62,981 bases of DNA, filler included, from Olpidium bornovanus S191 (GCA_017911155.1; 24 parts of 24 records of this genome joined end to end with filler, not necessarily neighbours in it), one strand, 5' to 3'; shown: positions 23,190-36,282, counted from the whole stretch's first letter. The notes: generated by a model not told the origin, from the sequence alone. Numbers and translations are program-made.

Positions 23190-24149
23190 ATGATCGCTGG
23201 CCTGTCCATCTCACCAGTACCCGACGAGTACATATACGTCGCTGAGGACCTCTGCAAGCTGGCCGAGAGGATGGACCACGCGAACGCGCACCGCGTACTC
23301 AGCGCGTACGCGACCAAGCGGTTCAGGAAAGAGGACGACCTTGTGCGGCAAGTCACCCTTCTCCTGCGGGAGTCGTACTTTGCAGAGTTCGAAGGCGAAA
23401 TCATTATCTTCCTTATGGGCCTCCTCTCGAACGGCGCCGCGCTGTACAAACTCAAAGCGCTCACGTTGTTGCAGGCTTTGCTGCCGTACGTGGACCCCAA
23501 GCGTTCGCAGCTAGTAGGCGCAGGGTCTGAGCTGGTCGCGCCTCTGCTGCGGCTCCTGAAAACCGAGCACGCAAAGGATTGCCTTGAGGTTCTGGACGAG
23601 GTGACGCGGATATCGGTCGGGCAGGCGGACGGCGAGTTGCCGCCGGTCCCGCCGTCCACGTCCGGCCAATCTCAAGCCTACCAGTCTAAGGCGGCCTCCC
23701 GCGTCAGCTACGTCGGCGGCACCGGCACGTACGGGCTCCCCCAGCGCCCGGACAGGGAGCTCTCGCCGGAACAGTCCTCCCAGCCTCTCGAATCGGGGTG
23801 GTTCGTTCTGCAGCCGGTCACCGCCGCGCGCACCACCCGACACAACGTGAACGCCGTGGTGTACACGTGCACGCTCAACTCTGGCGAGGGACCCGAAGAG
23901 GGCCCGATCGAATTCTCGGCCGACGACACGCTCGGCGTCGCACCCGGACCGGTACCGGCGTCCGCCCCGCCGCAAACCCCGCTCACAGCCCCGCTGGTGC
24001 GGGCGCCGATGGCGCAGCTGGACCCCGCGCGGCCGGCAATGGCAGAGGCTGCCGAGGGTGGGCTGGCGGAGATGGTCAGCGCGCTGGACGACTTGGACGC
24101 GTTCTTCGCCGAAGACTCCAGGTCGTTCGACGTGGAGACGTCCGCTTGA
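23190..24149 (+). CDS. TAO3: Tao3/Pag1/Mor2 (Furry) C-terminal region
   Basis: HRVLSAYATKRFR, FLMGLLSNG, GSELVAPLLRLLKTEHAKDCLEVLDEV. Ends in TGA. Confidence 0.88.
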   Translation: MIAGLSISPVPDEYIYVAEDLCKLAERMDHANAHRVLSAYATKRFRKEDDLVRQVTLLLRESYFAEFEGEIIIFLMGLLSNGAALYKLKALTLLQALLPYVDPKRSQLVGAGSELVAPLLRLLKTEHAKDCLEVLDEVTRISVGQADGELPPVPPSTSGQSQAYQSKAASRVSYVGGTGTYGLPQRPDRELSPEQSSQPLESGWFVLQPVTAARTTRHNVNAVVYTCTLNSGEGPEEGPIEFSADDTLGVAPGPVPASAPPQTPLTAPLVRAPMAQLDPARPAMAEAAEGGLAEMVSALDDLDAFFAEDSRSFDVETSA

Positions 24150-24521
24150 GGCGCTTTCCGGTCGTTGATTTTTGCATCATTTTTTTTTCGACTCCATTGC
24201 GGATCACTTACGCTTCGACGCCCTCGCGACTGAATCTCAGGACCCTGCCTCTCTTCACTCCTAGCAAACGAGAGGTATATTTACAGCTCTGCAGCTGCGA
24301 GACGTCCTTTGTTCATTACTGCCCACGACAAATTTCGCCTCAAATTGTTTGGATCTGTTTTTGAGCGTAACGTAAACCGCACTTCAAAATAGAAGTTGCT
24401 TCGTCGGCACACGCAACCATGNNNNNNNNNNNNNNNNNNNNNNNNNNNNNNNNNNNNNNNNNNNNTTAATTAATTAANNNNNNNNNNNNNNNNNNNNNNN
24501 NNNNNNNNNNNNNNNNNNNNN

Positions 24522-26150
24522 CATGCGGCAGCCACAGTCGCCTTAGCTATGCGCTGATTGCGTTTGAGCTGGTTTATAAGAACGTCAACCGGACGTTCCT
24601 CGCAGATGTACACGACACCAATGAATTTCTGCGGAAATTCAACAGGATGCTACCGAGTTAGGTCGGGACGCGACGACAACCGCTAGCCCAAAACCGGCGA
24701 ACATATTTGAACAAACCTTGCTTGTTTCGGTGTACGCAAAGTCAAGCCGATTTGTCTTCCCAGCGGTCAAGTTGCACAGGGAAGTGATATTAACCGGGTT
24801 CGCAGTGCCCGGCTTATTCTTGAGGCCTTTCAGGCGCAGCTATCGGAAAAAATTTGCACAAAATGGTTAAGTTGAGTTAATACCAATACCACTGCAGAAA
24901 AACGCCTCATTTCGTAATGCCACAAGCAACCAACTCACTGCGTCAATCTGCGTTCCGTTGACTCGAATATCACACTTGTTCGGGAACTCTACCAAGCTGC
25001 CGTCCGGCGGCGGCGGAACCAGGTCAATGTGACCATGGACAGCGGTAGCAAAGAAGTAGATCTGGTACGATGATCCCCTCAGTAGACTGAACAGACAACG
25101 ATTCAGTTCGTTACCGCAGCGCAACGCCGCACGATTTGATAAAAAAATCAGGCAGGTATGTATCTTACTGTTGGGACGATGACAACGTAGCAACTTGATC
25201 CGGCGTCAGCGAAAACGCAAAGTGAACGCACTGGTGCGCGGAGTACGTCTCTGAACAATTACCCCCATGCATACGCGGCCATTCCCGGAGGGCAGGAGAA
25301 AAAGGCCGAACGTGCGTAAGCATGAAGAGATCCGTTGACAGGGTTCCGCAAACTTGGTCATAAAGGGTACCTTACCGTTACATATCACCGGCATATGCAC
25401 AAGTTCCTTGACAGTGACGAAGGGGTCAGACCGGAACCGCAACCACTCTTTGAGGGCGGTGTGTTTCAGAGCTGCCCCTGACGCCAAATGCTTCTCTGGG
25501 AGTCCGAAACCACTCGGTAAACTGGAACGGGAAATAGGGAGGACAGCCTCAACACTCGAGCATTCGCAAAAGATGTTCCGAAGGAGGTTCGGCAAAGCGC
25601 CCTCCACCCTCCAGCTCCGTCAAACCTGGCGGCACGCATGAGGGTGCCGCGATCAAGACGCACTGGTGTTTCGGAACCGTTTGACGTGTCCGGTTTCCGC
25701 GCGGCAGGGGCGGAACAGACATGGGCCCCGTTTCGGATAGAAGAAACAGAAAATCCCCCATACATACCTGGCCGCGATCATGGCCTCGCGTATCCGAACG
25801 ACCTCTGCTGACGAGCGAGTATTGATGAATCCGTTGACCCGCGCGACGAGGTGGGGCTTGTTGCCCGTGACGCTCATGCGCTCGCCGAACCGGGTGTTGA
25901 GCTCCTTGATAAAAGCCTTAAGCTCCGGGACGCGGTACGTCGAAACTATCGCCGAAAGGTTCGGCTGGGTACGAAGGTTTTGCGGGGCCCGCCCGGCGTG
26001 TAAGTAAGAGAGGAACGGCAGACGGGACGCGTGCCTCGTGCCTGCCGGGCGGTCAAACGCTTTTCTTTCGGGCGAGGCGGCGGAACCGTGGAAAACCCTC
26101 CCCGAGCCGGCACGACGCACCTGTCCGGGTGTGGTCGGCGAGGCCGACAT
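24522..26150 (-). CDS. SIZ1: SIZ/PIAS SUMO E3 ligase, SAP-like and PINIT regions, partial
   Basis: VPELKAFIKELN...VTGNKPHLVARV; LRFRSDPF; VEFPNKCDIRVNG; LKGLKNKPGTANPVNIT; VVYICEERPVDVLINQL. Confidence 0.85.
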
Positions 26151-26954
26151 TTGGCGAAGCCCCGCAGCGAGGTTGGGAGCGAGCACCGGCTTCGAAACTG
26201 TCGCGAAGGCTCGGTCGGCGTCAGCACACCGCGTCCAAGGCCAGAGCATCGACCGGCGGACGGGGAGGGAGACGTACGCCTTGCTCCCCGCGAGCGAGCC
26301 CCTTCTACCCCCTCTTTTTTGATATGTAAATCTCTCTCTTTTCCGTTTCCTCTGCGGTCGCGGGAGTGGGGTCGTCCGTGGTCTTTCCGTCCTGACGGGG
26401 CCTGCCCGGTCGTCGCGGGTGAAGAAGACGAAGAAGAAGAAGAAGAAGAAGAAGAAGAACAAAACGGTCGAACGTGCCCTGTTGCGATGGTGATTGGAAT
26501 TTGGGAGGGAAGGGGGAATTTGGCGCCTCCCGTTTTTTTTTTTTTTGGTTTTTTTTTTTTTTTTTTTTTTTTGGCGCAGAAAACGGGACCCCCCCCCCCC
26601 CCCCCCCCGTTTCGTCCCCTCCCGACCCCCCGAAAACACCTCGAGAAAATCACGTGCGCGCGTTTGGCGCACCGGGCACTCCGTCGAAACCTCATTGATC
26701 AGCTGGGCACAATTGTCATCATGCGGGGATAATGGCATGCAGTCAACAAAGGGCCGTCTCGCTTGCCGGCACGCTTGAACTGCGTCGTTGGCGGCTCCGT
26801 CGGCGCCTCCCTCCGCCCCGTCTGCGCCCCAATTCGCACGGCTCAGCCACGCAGNNNNNNNNNNNNNNNNNNNNNNNNNNNNNNNNNNNNNNNNNNNNTT
26901 AATTAATTAANNNNNNNNNNNNNNNNNNNNNNNNNNNNNNNNNNNNNNNNNNNN

Positions 26955-29080
26955 AGAGAAGGGGTTGACAATAGCCCAAAGTCTATTCTTCGGAGCAGCA
27001 TCCGGCGCACGTAGTAGACACCTCTTCTATGTCGCACCGAAGGAAAAGTGGTAAAGGGCGCTCTTACCAATCATGTGCTGACCGTCGTCTAGGTTCTCGC
27101 CGCGGACGCCGCAGACGCAATCAAATAACCAGTTCCCCTCCTCTTCCTGCTGCGGCACATCAGACCCGAGGTCGCCCTCGATGTCCAAGTCCCCGGCGAA
27201 GTCGGCTCCGGCGGCGGAGGAACGGTCCGAAAGCGGAGTCACCGAACCCGTCCGGCTCCTCTGCTGGTTCCTTCGCTCCCGATTCTGCAACCGCTTCTCC
27301 CGCTCCGCGGTCCGCGCCATGCGAGCCATTTCTCGCTGTAACCGTTCCTGAGCGCCAGGCGTAAACGCACGCGGCAATAATCAACCAACCTCGCTGAAGT
27401 CACCTCGGTAGTGGGCCAGGATGCCGCCGCATACCTGGTCGTCCCTCTTAGTGGCCAGCAACACATTCCGGGACTCCGCCTCTTCCCGCTTCCGCCGCTC
27501 CTCGAGGACCAGCCGCCGCTCCTCCTCTGCCTTCTCTAGCTCTTTGACGAGGATACGTGATGACCGCTTCCTGCTCGCGATGGCTTCTTGAAGCTTTCTC
27601 TCCTTCGCTGATTTCTGCGGCGCCGTTGAGAATGTTCAGACGGCCGCGGAAAAGTAAGGTGACGGGAATTATACCACCAAACCAGCCTACGTTACCTCCC
27701 AAGCATCAACGATGGCCGGGCAAAGGTCGTTAAGAACCTCGGCAAGGTCTCGCTCGTTGGAACCCCTAGGCTTGTCGAAGCTGGCGGTCAACGCCTTCCA
27801 TTCATCGGCCGTACGAGCACTAAGCTCCCATTTCGTCTGCGGTGGGTCGTCCGCGTGCCTCGACAGGTTTCGTTTCGCGGGCTTCGACTTGGGGGGCCAA
27901 GGAACTGGCGTCTCCTTGTACAATCTGTTGTCTGCAAGGCAGAACACCGTTTGGTCAGAAGTGCATTTGAAACTTTAAGCCCAGGGCGTGCAATATCATC
28001 TTCCAACAGTCATGTTCTATCACCGTTGCTTGCGCTGCCGGCCCCCACCGTCGAACAACCAATATGAGCAGCCCCTCGAGTCACGCCCAATCGGGTCCAC
28101 TCGCTGCCTGGCCATGTCGCCGTTCGGGTGAGGTGTTCGGCAACTTTTTGAGAAACACTCTCAATCCCATTGCCGCAACAGTGTCATGGCTCCGGCAGTC
28201 GCCTTCTCCCTTGGCAGGCAGAACGGCGTAACTGACAGGATATGGTTCCACGCACCCAGTCTTTTGCGTCCTTCTCTTCTTCTTTAAAGTTCCGACGGAA
28301 GCGTTCGGGATCGTGCAGCTGCCATTCGCAGACTCTATGTAGCGCGAAAAGCTGCCCTCCCGCCCCTGAACGTTCTTAGTTCGCTGCACGGCTAGTGGAA
28401 TTCGCGACCCACACGTGCCAACTCTAAGCACTCACGCGGTCTGCTAGCGGAAGGTCGTACAACTGGACGGCCCCGTGAGCTTCGAATGGATTGTTCGCCG
28501 GTTCTCTGGTCCGGAATTCCCTGTCCAGGTGGGCTTGCCAGGTCTGGAACCTTTAGGAAAACCGAAAAAAGGAACGCGGAAGTGGTCTCATTTTATATAG
28601 GTCGGGTCGAAACAGAGAACTTCAAGGCGGAACGAGTCTGGGACGGGCAGTTGGGTCAGCTCACGTTATATTGCGGTTCATGGTCAGTCCTCTCAACAAC
28701 TTCCAAAACAGATCGGTCAAGTACGCATCGCCCAACGTGCCTATGAGCGCCAATTCCAGATCCTAAACGAGGGGAGGCGCGGCGATCGGGGGCAAATCAG
28801 CGCGGAGAACAGCCACGCCTCCCGGACGTTAGGCGACTAGCAACTGAGCAGGTTGACAGGGTTGCCCTCGGCCTCGAGCGAAGGTGGGGGTGAAGAGGGG
28901 GGGAGGGGGGGGGCCGCCACCAACCTCCGTGCATATGTCGTCTATCCCAAAAGCTTCTCTAAACGAGAACAGGAACTGCGTGACTGCCGCGAGGCGCCAG
29001 TTCGCCCGCAGCTCGTCCAGTTGCTGCTTCAAGGTCTGCGGGTCGAGTACCCGTTCGAGTGGATTGGCGAAAGGCGTCAT
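26955..29080 (-). CDS. Fungal DDT/WHIM1 plus PHD chromatin-remodeller subunit, multi-exon, partial
   Basis: LRANWRLAAVTQFLFSFREAF; DNRLYKE...KWELSARTADEWKAL...NERDLAEVL; coiled coil; WLFDCVCGVRGENLDDGQHMI. Confidence 0.7.
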
Positions 29081-29843
29081 CGGTCCTTGCAGGCGGTCCC
29101 CACGGGAACGGGGAGTTTTGTCGATGAGGGGGTGAGTGCGTGCCGCGGGGGCCACACGGGCGCGCGGGTGGGGTGCAGGGGGACAAGGCGGCAAACTCCC
29201 TGGCAAGTTTTTGGTTTTGTCTAATGGGCAGGTGGTGGCGTGGTGGTGAGGAGAGGCGTCGCGAAGACGGCCGTCTCTTTCGTGGCGGCGGGGAGCGGGG
29301 CGGGCGGGAACGGCGGCGGCGGAAGGGAAGCAAGGGGGGGGGGGAAGGGGCGGGGGCGAGAATACATCCGTGAGACGTCCGCGCGCCGTTGGGTTGCCAC
29401 AACGTGCCAGGACGTGCCACGTCAGCGTGATCGGGGGAAACAGAATTTTCAGTCGAGGCATCAGGTCGATTATTCGCAGGGCACTGATATTCCAGAACGC
29501 CGGATGGGATGATGCAACGGAGCAAGCATCAGGCGGTCCGTTGATGCCACACTGGGCAGACAGTTGTTCTGTCTGCCCTGCCACCCATTCACTGCTGCGT
29601 TTTTTCAGACCGAATCACCATATGGAAACGGCTTGACCTACGCTCCGTCTAGGAAATCATCAGAAACCCCCGTCCACGCCATTCGCAGGGCCTATTCTCA
29701 CTCTAAGAACTCGGCTATCGTTGGCAGCGATGTGTGCAATATGATTTGCAATTTGCCCACCGAAGAGCGTTAATGTCAGTCTAGACAGGAAACCGAAGCT
29801 CCCCAGTTTCAGCCAATGTCTAAAGCCAAACGTGGATAATCTA

Positions 29844-30145
29844 CAGTTGTCCCTCTCATACTTTATATCCCAATACTTAATAACCTCTGCTACTTTATAC
29901 ATTTCGGCTTCCGCCGACATTGTTCTATGGCCAATACTTTATAATTAATTACTTGTATAAAAATGGGGACTTATAAGATAGTAGAGGGAGCAGTTTGTAT
30001 GGATAATGGAGATCAGCTAGCAAAAATTTAGAAGCGGGAAGGATTGAACACTACTTTTGGATCCAGGAAGCAAGAGTGTGTTAAGTTATGGACGTATGGC
30101 AGAGTTCAAGCTGCACTTTACGAAGGACTTCGTGAGCATTGCGGT
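29844..30145 (-). mobile_element. pogo/Tigger-type DNA transposon 3' end, copy A
   Basis: TA followed by CAGTTGTCCCTCTCATA. About 89% identical (manual alignment) to 37840-38141. Interrupted by an LTR at 30146. Confidence 0.85.
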
Positions 30146-30263
30146 TGTAGTGTGCCTCGACGTCGTCTGGCACGTGACCTGTACCTATATAGCCAGTCGG
30201 GCCCCCGGGCACACCTGAATAGACTCTGACTTCCTTCCTTCTTCCCTCCGACGTCTCACTACA
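30146..30263 (+). mobile_element. Short LTR (118 bp) nested in the pogo copy
   Basis: Perfect TGTAGTG...CACTACA termini, with CACGTGAC and CTATATAG inside. It starts exactly where pogo homology stops. Confidence 0.75.
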
Positions 30264-30321
30264 AAGTGGGGAATCCGAGGAAGAGCCATCCCTTTCGACC
30301 AGCCCCTTCGCTCTTTGCCCC

Positions 30322-30426
30322 CCGCCGCGCCCGCGCTTCGCCCTCAGCCGCGCCCGCGCTTCGCCCTCCGCCGCGCCCGCGCTTCGCCCTCCGCCGCGCC
30401 CGCGCGCCGCCTCCGCCGCGCCCGCG
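30322..30426. repeat. 23-bp tandem repeat, about 4.5 copies
   Basis: CCGCCGCGCCCGCGCTTCGCCCT units, with related copies near 30928-30990. Confidence 0.9.
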
Positions 30427-31011
30427 TTCGGCTCCCGCCGCGCCGCCTTCCGCTGCGCCATCCGAGGTCCTTTCAACCAAGGAAAACCGCGCCGTCGTTC
30501 CTCGCGTTCGACGCCGCGCGCTTTGCTTTCTGCGCCGCTGCGTTTGGCTGTTTTTTGCAGCACTTTTTCTGCGTCGCTCCGCCATCGTTTCGCTGCAGCA
30601 CCCGTTTTCGTGCTTGCTTTTTCTGCTTGTTTTCGCGCTTGCGTTCGTTTTCGCGCTTGCGTTTGTTTGTTTTCGCCGCCGAAACAACGACCGTTGTGGT
30701 GTGCCGCGCAGGGAGCTTTCGTCTGGTCTCTTTTTATTCACTCAAGATTGTAGCAAACTACTGGGGTAGGGTGGCGGTGAGAAGCGGGGGAAGCTAAGAG
30801 GGGCGGTGGCAGGCGGGGAAAGCTAAACACGGCCAAAGCTAAACAGGACTGTCACATAATTCAACCCGGACACCGTTTTGCGTCGTCTTCGAAACGCCAC
30901 TTTCCCGTCACTTTCGCTTGCTCGGCCCCCGCCGCGCCCGCGCTCCGCCCCCGCCGCGCCTGCGCTCCGCCTCCGCCGCACCGGCGCTCGGCCCCCCGCC
31001 GCGTTTGTTTT

Positions 31012-31069
31012 TGAGCTTATTTTTGCTCGTTTTTGAGCTTATTTTTGCTCACTGAGCTTATTTTTGCTC
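31012..31069. repeat. Three copies of TGAGCTTATTTTTGCTC
   Basis: Copies at 31012, 31034 and 31053. Confidence 0.9.
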
Positions 31070-31346
31070 ACCGCACTTTCGCCTTTGTTTGCTCCATTGC
31101 TTTTGCCGTCGACGACAGCCGCTGACGATGCCCTCGCTGCGTCGTTGACGCCGCAAAGGCGCAACGCCGCTGCCGCTGTTGCCCCACGTCACGGCGACCC
31201 GCACCGCTCTCCCGCCGCCGTCAAACACGTCGACCTCTGCTGTTCGTTCAGCCGCATCGTCCTCCGCGCCTGTCGCCGCGTCGTCATCCGCGCCCGTCAA
31301 CCCCGCCGCCGTCCCCATCCCGCCGTCGCCGTCCCTCGACGCCCGA

Positions 31347-31723
31347 ATGGACCTACCGCCGCTTCGCGTTCCTCTGTTCATACCCGAACCGGCCGCGCTC
31401 GACGCCACTCCCACCGCCACACCCGCCGCCACACCCGCCGCGCCCGCCGCTTCGTCCGCCCCTGCCGAAAACCCGGCTTCCGCCCCCGCCGTCGACACTC
31501 TCCTTCGACAGCAGAAGCTGACTGGCCTCGCTGAGTGGCGCGCTTCGATCGTTGCCCGCGTCGGTGCTGTTACCGCCGCTGCGCTTTTAACCGACGTTGA
31601 CACCGCCCTTCCCGCCATCGTCGACGACCCGTCTATTTTGTTGCAGGAGTTGAGCGTTACCTGCGCCTCGCTCGACGAGCGCCTCATCGAGATGGCTGCC
31701 TCGTACCGTGCGCCGAGCCGCTC
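31347..31723 (+). CDS. Possible gag N-terminus of the nested LTR element
   Basis: ORF running off the contig downstream of the LTR and repeat leader. KLTGLAEW is only weakly gag-like. Confidence 0.3.
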
Positions 31724-31846
31724 NNNNNNNNNNNNNNNNNNNNNNNNNNNNNNNNNNNNNNNNNNNNTTAATTAATTAANNNNNNNNNNNNNNNNNNNNN
31801 NNNNNNNNNNNNNNNNNNNNNNNAAAAAAAAAAAAAAAAAGGGAAA

Positions 31847-31901
<55 letters not shown>

Positions 31902-32616
31902 CGGCCGGGAATTGAGCCAAAGGACCTGCACAGCACCGCCACGAGAGCATAGCCGAATCGCTGGTGAACCAACCCCACCAGCCTGAGTAGAGCAGATCGC
32001 ACGATGCCCGCGAGGATGAAGAAAAAAAAAAAGAAACACAACTCACAGCTTCCTTTTCTGCCTCCCTTCGTTTGTGCGCACTCGCTCTGCGTACTTCTGA
32101 TTCATCGTCATATCATCATCAGGCCTTCTCGGTGTAGGGGCGGCGGCTGTTAACGGGGTCCCCGCTTGGCAGGGCAAGTTTGGCTCTGGACCCGCTGCAG
32201 CTTTAACCCCACCGCCGATCCAGAACATGAGCAAACCTCGACCGTTTCGGCGAGGCGGTTTGAACTCGTCTTCCGACGACACATGCCGCCGGAGCCGGCG
32301 CCAGCTTGGCGTTGCTCTGGCGCACGAGCGCGGTCGCCTTGGTCAGGCTCAAGAGACTCGCACTCGATTTCAGCGAGCCGGCCGAAAAAGAAACCGGGTG
32401 CGGCGGCGCGGGGTCCGCGGAAAAGGGCCTTTTGATAGGATTAGTCCTGGCGCCTTGCGACCGCAACGCCCCTAGGAACGACTGGTCAGCGCGCGCCCTG
32501 GGTCAGAAAAACCTGCCGAGGAGGATTGTCTTGTCGGGCGGTCCTTAAAGGGACCTTTGACGTGGAAAGATGGAAGGTACGGCGGTATTTATGCTCCTGC
32601 CAATTAATAAGCCTTT

Positions 32617-33776
32617 GCTTTCAGTGGGCCGCGCAACGTACACAGGAGGCTACGTATTGCTTTTGAACCAGATGGGATACGATTTCCTCCAAAGATGGAA
32701 CGCCTTTTTTTCTCCGGACATCGCGCGGAGAACTTCATTTACGAACTCAACCTTGAGGATGAGAGCCTGGTGATACCCACGTCGCAATGTTGTCGACCGC
32801 AACTGATATCCTGGCCTGGCATTAACGTTTTTGCCACCTAGGTACCGACAGTGTTCGCAAACTCCCCACTTTAATCCGTGGAATGGCAATCGACCAAACC
32901 AACCACGACACTACCTTTTGCGATGTTTGTCAGTTAGCAAAACTGACTTGACGACCTCACCCCCCGAGCACGACAAAATACAACCTCATGGGACTGCTGC
33001 ATAGAAGTGTGGTAGGACCCCTTCCCTTGGGGATCGTTTGAGCACGGAGGACGACAGGGACGTAGTCAACAATCAAATGATCTCCTTTAATTGCCGCACG
33101 CAAACGACCATATGTGAAATGGTACAACATATCATAATTCCCATGCTAAGGGCTTACTGTGCAGCGTGCGGGAACTTCCCCGGAATGCGGTCCCAATCAT
33201 GTAATTTTTTATGCTGGTCACGTTGACAAGCGGTAAACCGTGTGTACGACACATGCGCAATCAAGAAGGAGCTACTGAAGCCCCCAAAACTTAAGGGACC
33301 GCCGGACTTCAACCGTCACTAAAACGTTAATAGATTTGCAACCCTTTTTTGCTGGATGCCCGCCGACGGATCATCTTTCGGGCTGTTTTGCAGAGGGAAA
33401 GAGTGCTCGCGCCGCTGAAAACGATAGCGAAGAGTCGGAATCGGCAAACGCACCATTCGTTCGTGCAAGAAACCATCATATTCGACAACTTTATTGCAGC
33501 GTACTTCGATTTTGCCGAGGAAGTCGTCAGCTTTCGTCTGGAATCGTGAATACGTGGCTTCTTACGGGGACCCCGTGCAGCCGTATGTCAGCGGAGGCCC
33601 TACGGCGGAGTTCACTTCTGGAAGAAATTATCAATCTTTACCATCGGGACAATCGTTTTCCGAGGAGGCGACTCTGCCGGGTGCCTTGCCGGCGTTCGCG
33701 ACAGATATCGCCCATTTCGCCTCCTGTCGTTGCTCTAACGGGAAAAGAGATACCAGCAGCGTCGACAGCGATGTGA
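32617..33776 (+). CDS. Unidentified multi-exon gene fragment
   Basis: AG/GT-bounded segment RLRIAFEPDGIRFPPKMERLFFSGHRAENFIYELNLEDESL and further short exon-like blocks. Confidence 0.3.
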
Positions 33777-34392
33777 TAGGTCAAGCGACCGTGGTTTCTG
33801 CGGAATCTGAGCCTTCTGTGTTGCTCGAAGTTGTCAGGGGGAGAGGGGGGGGGAGATGGTTGGCACTCCCATTGTCGTCTTTACCCGCACTAGTGCTCGG
33901 ATTGCCGCCACAGCGACACAGGCAACACGACAGACCAAGCTACCATGGCCTCCGAGGTCGAGGATGAGACCAGGGCATCCAGGGTTAACAATGCCAGGCT
34001 TACGTCGGCTCTCTTCGACCGACAATCAAGCCACTCCGCGGGCTCGTGGACTATTCATCAAATTGACGCGCGTATCTTTTAGATATTTTGGGTTCTCAGT
34101 CGCTCGTGCTGTGGCTGTGCCACCCTGTTTTTCTCTCCGTTATCTGCCGGCGTTTGTTACGGGCTAATTCACAACAAATCCAAAAACGGATTCTCGTATT
34201 TCCGATCACACTTTTCTCAGAACTACTCCAATGAGTTGCATTCCTCCGTCGCTCATCTCGACTGTTTTCCTCTTTTCGGTTTCCTCTTCATGNNNNNNNN
34301 NNNNNNNNNNNNNNNNNNNNNNNNNNNNNNNNNNNNTTAATTAATTAANNNNNNNNNNNNNNNNNNNNNNNNNNNNNNNNNNNNNNNNNNNN

Positions 34393-34885
34393 CATGAGGT
34401 CCTTCTTCGTGAGTTCCTGGTGGTTCTGAAAATGGTTGATTATCCTGTTCAGCCCGGGGCCTTGGCAAGTCAGAACTTAAATATCTTGGACGCTCCGTGA
34501 AGTGTCGAACGTTTAAGCTTACTGGTTGTCGCCAAGACGGTACCCAGACTCGGGGCTCATCAAAGTCTTGAAGTTGTAGACATTAGCCCTGAAGTGGTGG
34601 GCGAAGACCGCGGTTCCGCAATCCAGTTATGGCCAGCAAAAGTTGTGCTCCCATTATCAAAGTCTCATGGGCTCACCAGTAGAAGTTCCAGTCATCTATA
34701 CTCCCGGTCGGATTTGTAAGAGAAACGTAGCGGTGATTCGCCCACTACGCCTCATGCAGAGCCGCGGGCCGTTTGCGCACGTTCGGGCGAAGGACTCCAC
34801 ACAAAGCTCACCTTCCGAGCCTTTTACCCACTTCCGCTTCTCAAAGTTGTTCAGCAGGCAAGATTTCTCGATATCGCACAGGTAC
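34393..34885 (-). CDS. TTLL1: Tubulin polyglutamylase TTLL1, N-terminal exons
   Basis: YLCDIEKSCLLNNFEKRKW...DWNFYW ANVYNFKTLMSPESGYRLGDNQ IINHFQNHQELTKKDLM matches TTLL1 DIEKSVLINNFEKRGW...DWNFYW...[25 protein letters not shown]. Confidence 0.92.
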
Positions 34886-35754
34886 CTGTCCGCATAAAAG
34901 CAGAAGGCGATTAGCAGGGGAAAAAAAAAACCAGTCAGCCTGCGTTGGGGAGGTCGGCATGGTCCCGGAGCAAACGGGGAAATTGACGCAGACCGTAGGA
35001 GGCGTTGACGGGAAACGGCCAAAATCACATCGGTTCTTTTGCTTCCTTGCGTCCGTCGGCTTACTTCACTGGCGGCCTGCCGACGACCATGATTTTTGCG
35101 GAGGCGCAGCAGCGACGGCAGAGCGCAACTTGTTCCGCACAAAAACAGCGGGCAGTCTGCTTAAGCGATAACCTCCGCTACCCTGTCGGGACCACGTGTT
35201 CCAGCCCGGTCCCAACCTCGAAGGCGGCAGAGCAGGTCGGCCCCACACACACAAAGACGGCCGAGGTTGCCTCTCGGGCCGAAGGCGAGTCCGGGCGTCG
35301 GGCCCTTGGCAAGACGCGGCGGTAAGGGAAGCAGCGGCGGCGACGGCGGCGGCGGCGGCGGCAGCAGGCTGAGCACGGGCGGCGTGCTAGCGCCAGAGGC
35401 GAGAGCGAGCGCGTCAAGGCCTGCCGGCCAACACGCGCGGGTTAAGAGAAAATATCACCAACCCCCCTTTTCCGCCCCCCCCCCCCCTAAAAAAAAGAGA
35501 AATACATTCCGACCTAAATCCTCGCATTACCGGGAGGCAACTCCCAAACGTTCGCGGAAAAGGAAACCAGGCAGCATCCGGGTTGCTGCCGCCCGCTCGC
35601 GCCAGCGGAAGGCACCGACCGGCGCCATCGCCGTCTGCACGCGCATCGGCCGGCAAGTTCCGAAACAAGGGAGCCACTTTGCACGAAGAGCCGCACAACC
35701 TGACGGGCCAAAAGGAGGAAACACGTCGGCAGCGCACTCACCTGGAACTACAGG

Positions 35755-36110
35755 CGGTGGAACAGTCAGCCGGCGCTACAAGCGACGGGATGTCATCACG
35801 ACCCTCGGCACGCGAGGCCGAGTACGTGACACTCGCCGAAGCCGCGAAAGAAAGGGCTTTGGCTACGAGGTCCCCTGGCTGAGTTGGGCGTGGACGGCGG
35901 CCAGGACGCCGTGACGGTCCGCGTCGACAGAGCCAAGGGGCGAAGGCAATGGCCAAAATCCAGAGCATAACTCGCGGGGCAAGAATATTGACGTGCGGTA
36001 TCATTATCTTTGAGAGCAGACGGAACACGGGGAAGCGCGCCTCGAAGCGGTTATGTCAGAAGACGCGACGGCGGACGCGTTGGCCAAGGCACGAGATCTA
36101 TCGGCGCGCC
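35755..36110 (+). mobile_element. Degenerate copia RNase H remnant
   Basis: Across frameshifts: GGTVSRRYKRRDVIT, EAEYVTLAEAAKE, HNSRGKNIDVRYHYL*E, EDATADALAKA. Confidence 0.75.
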
Positions 36111-36282
36111 ATGCACCTGCTCTGACGAAACGATGACGCAATCGAGAAGTACGACGGACGGACGCGACGTGACGAAGAGTATGACGCGTTACACCGCCCC
36201 ATTGGTGAAGTTGGCGCCAGGGCGGTTGGTGGTAGTCGGCGCCTTTCGAAGTGTCATGGTGCTAACTGTTGCGCATCAAAAG

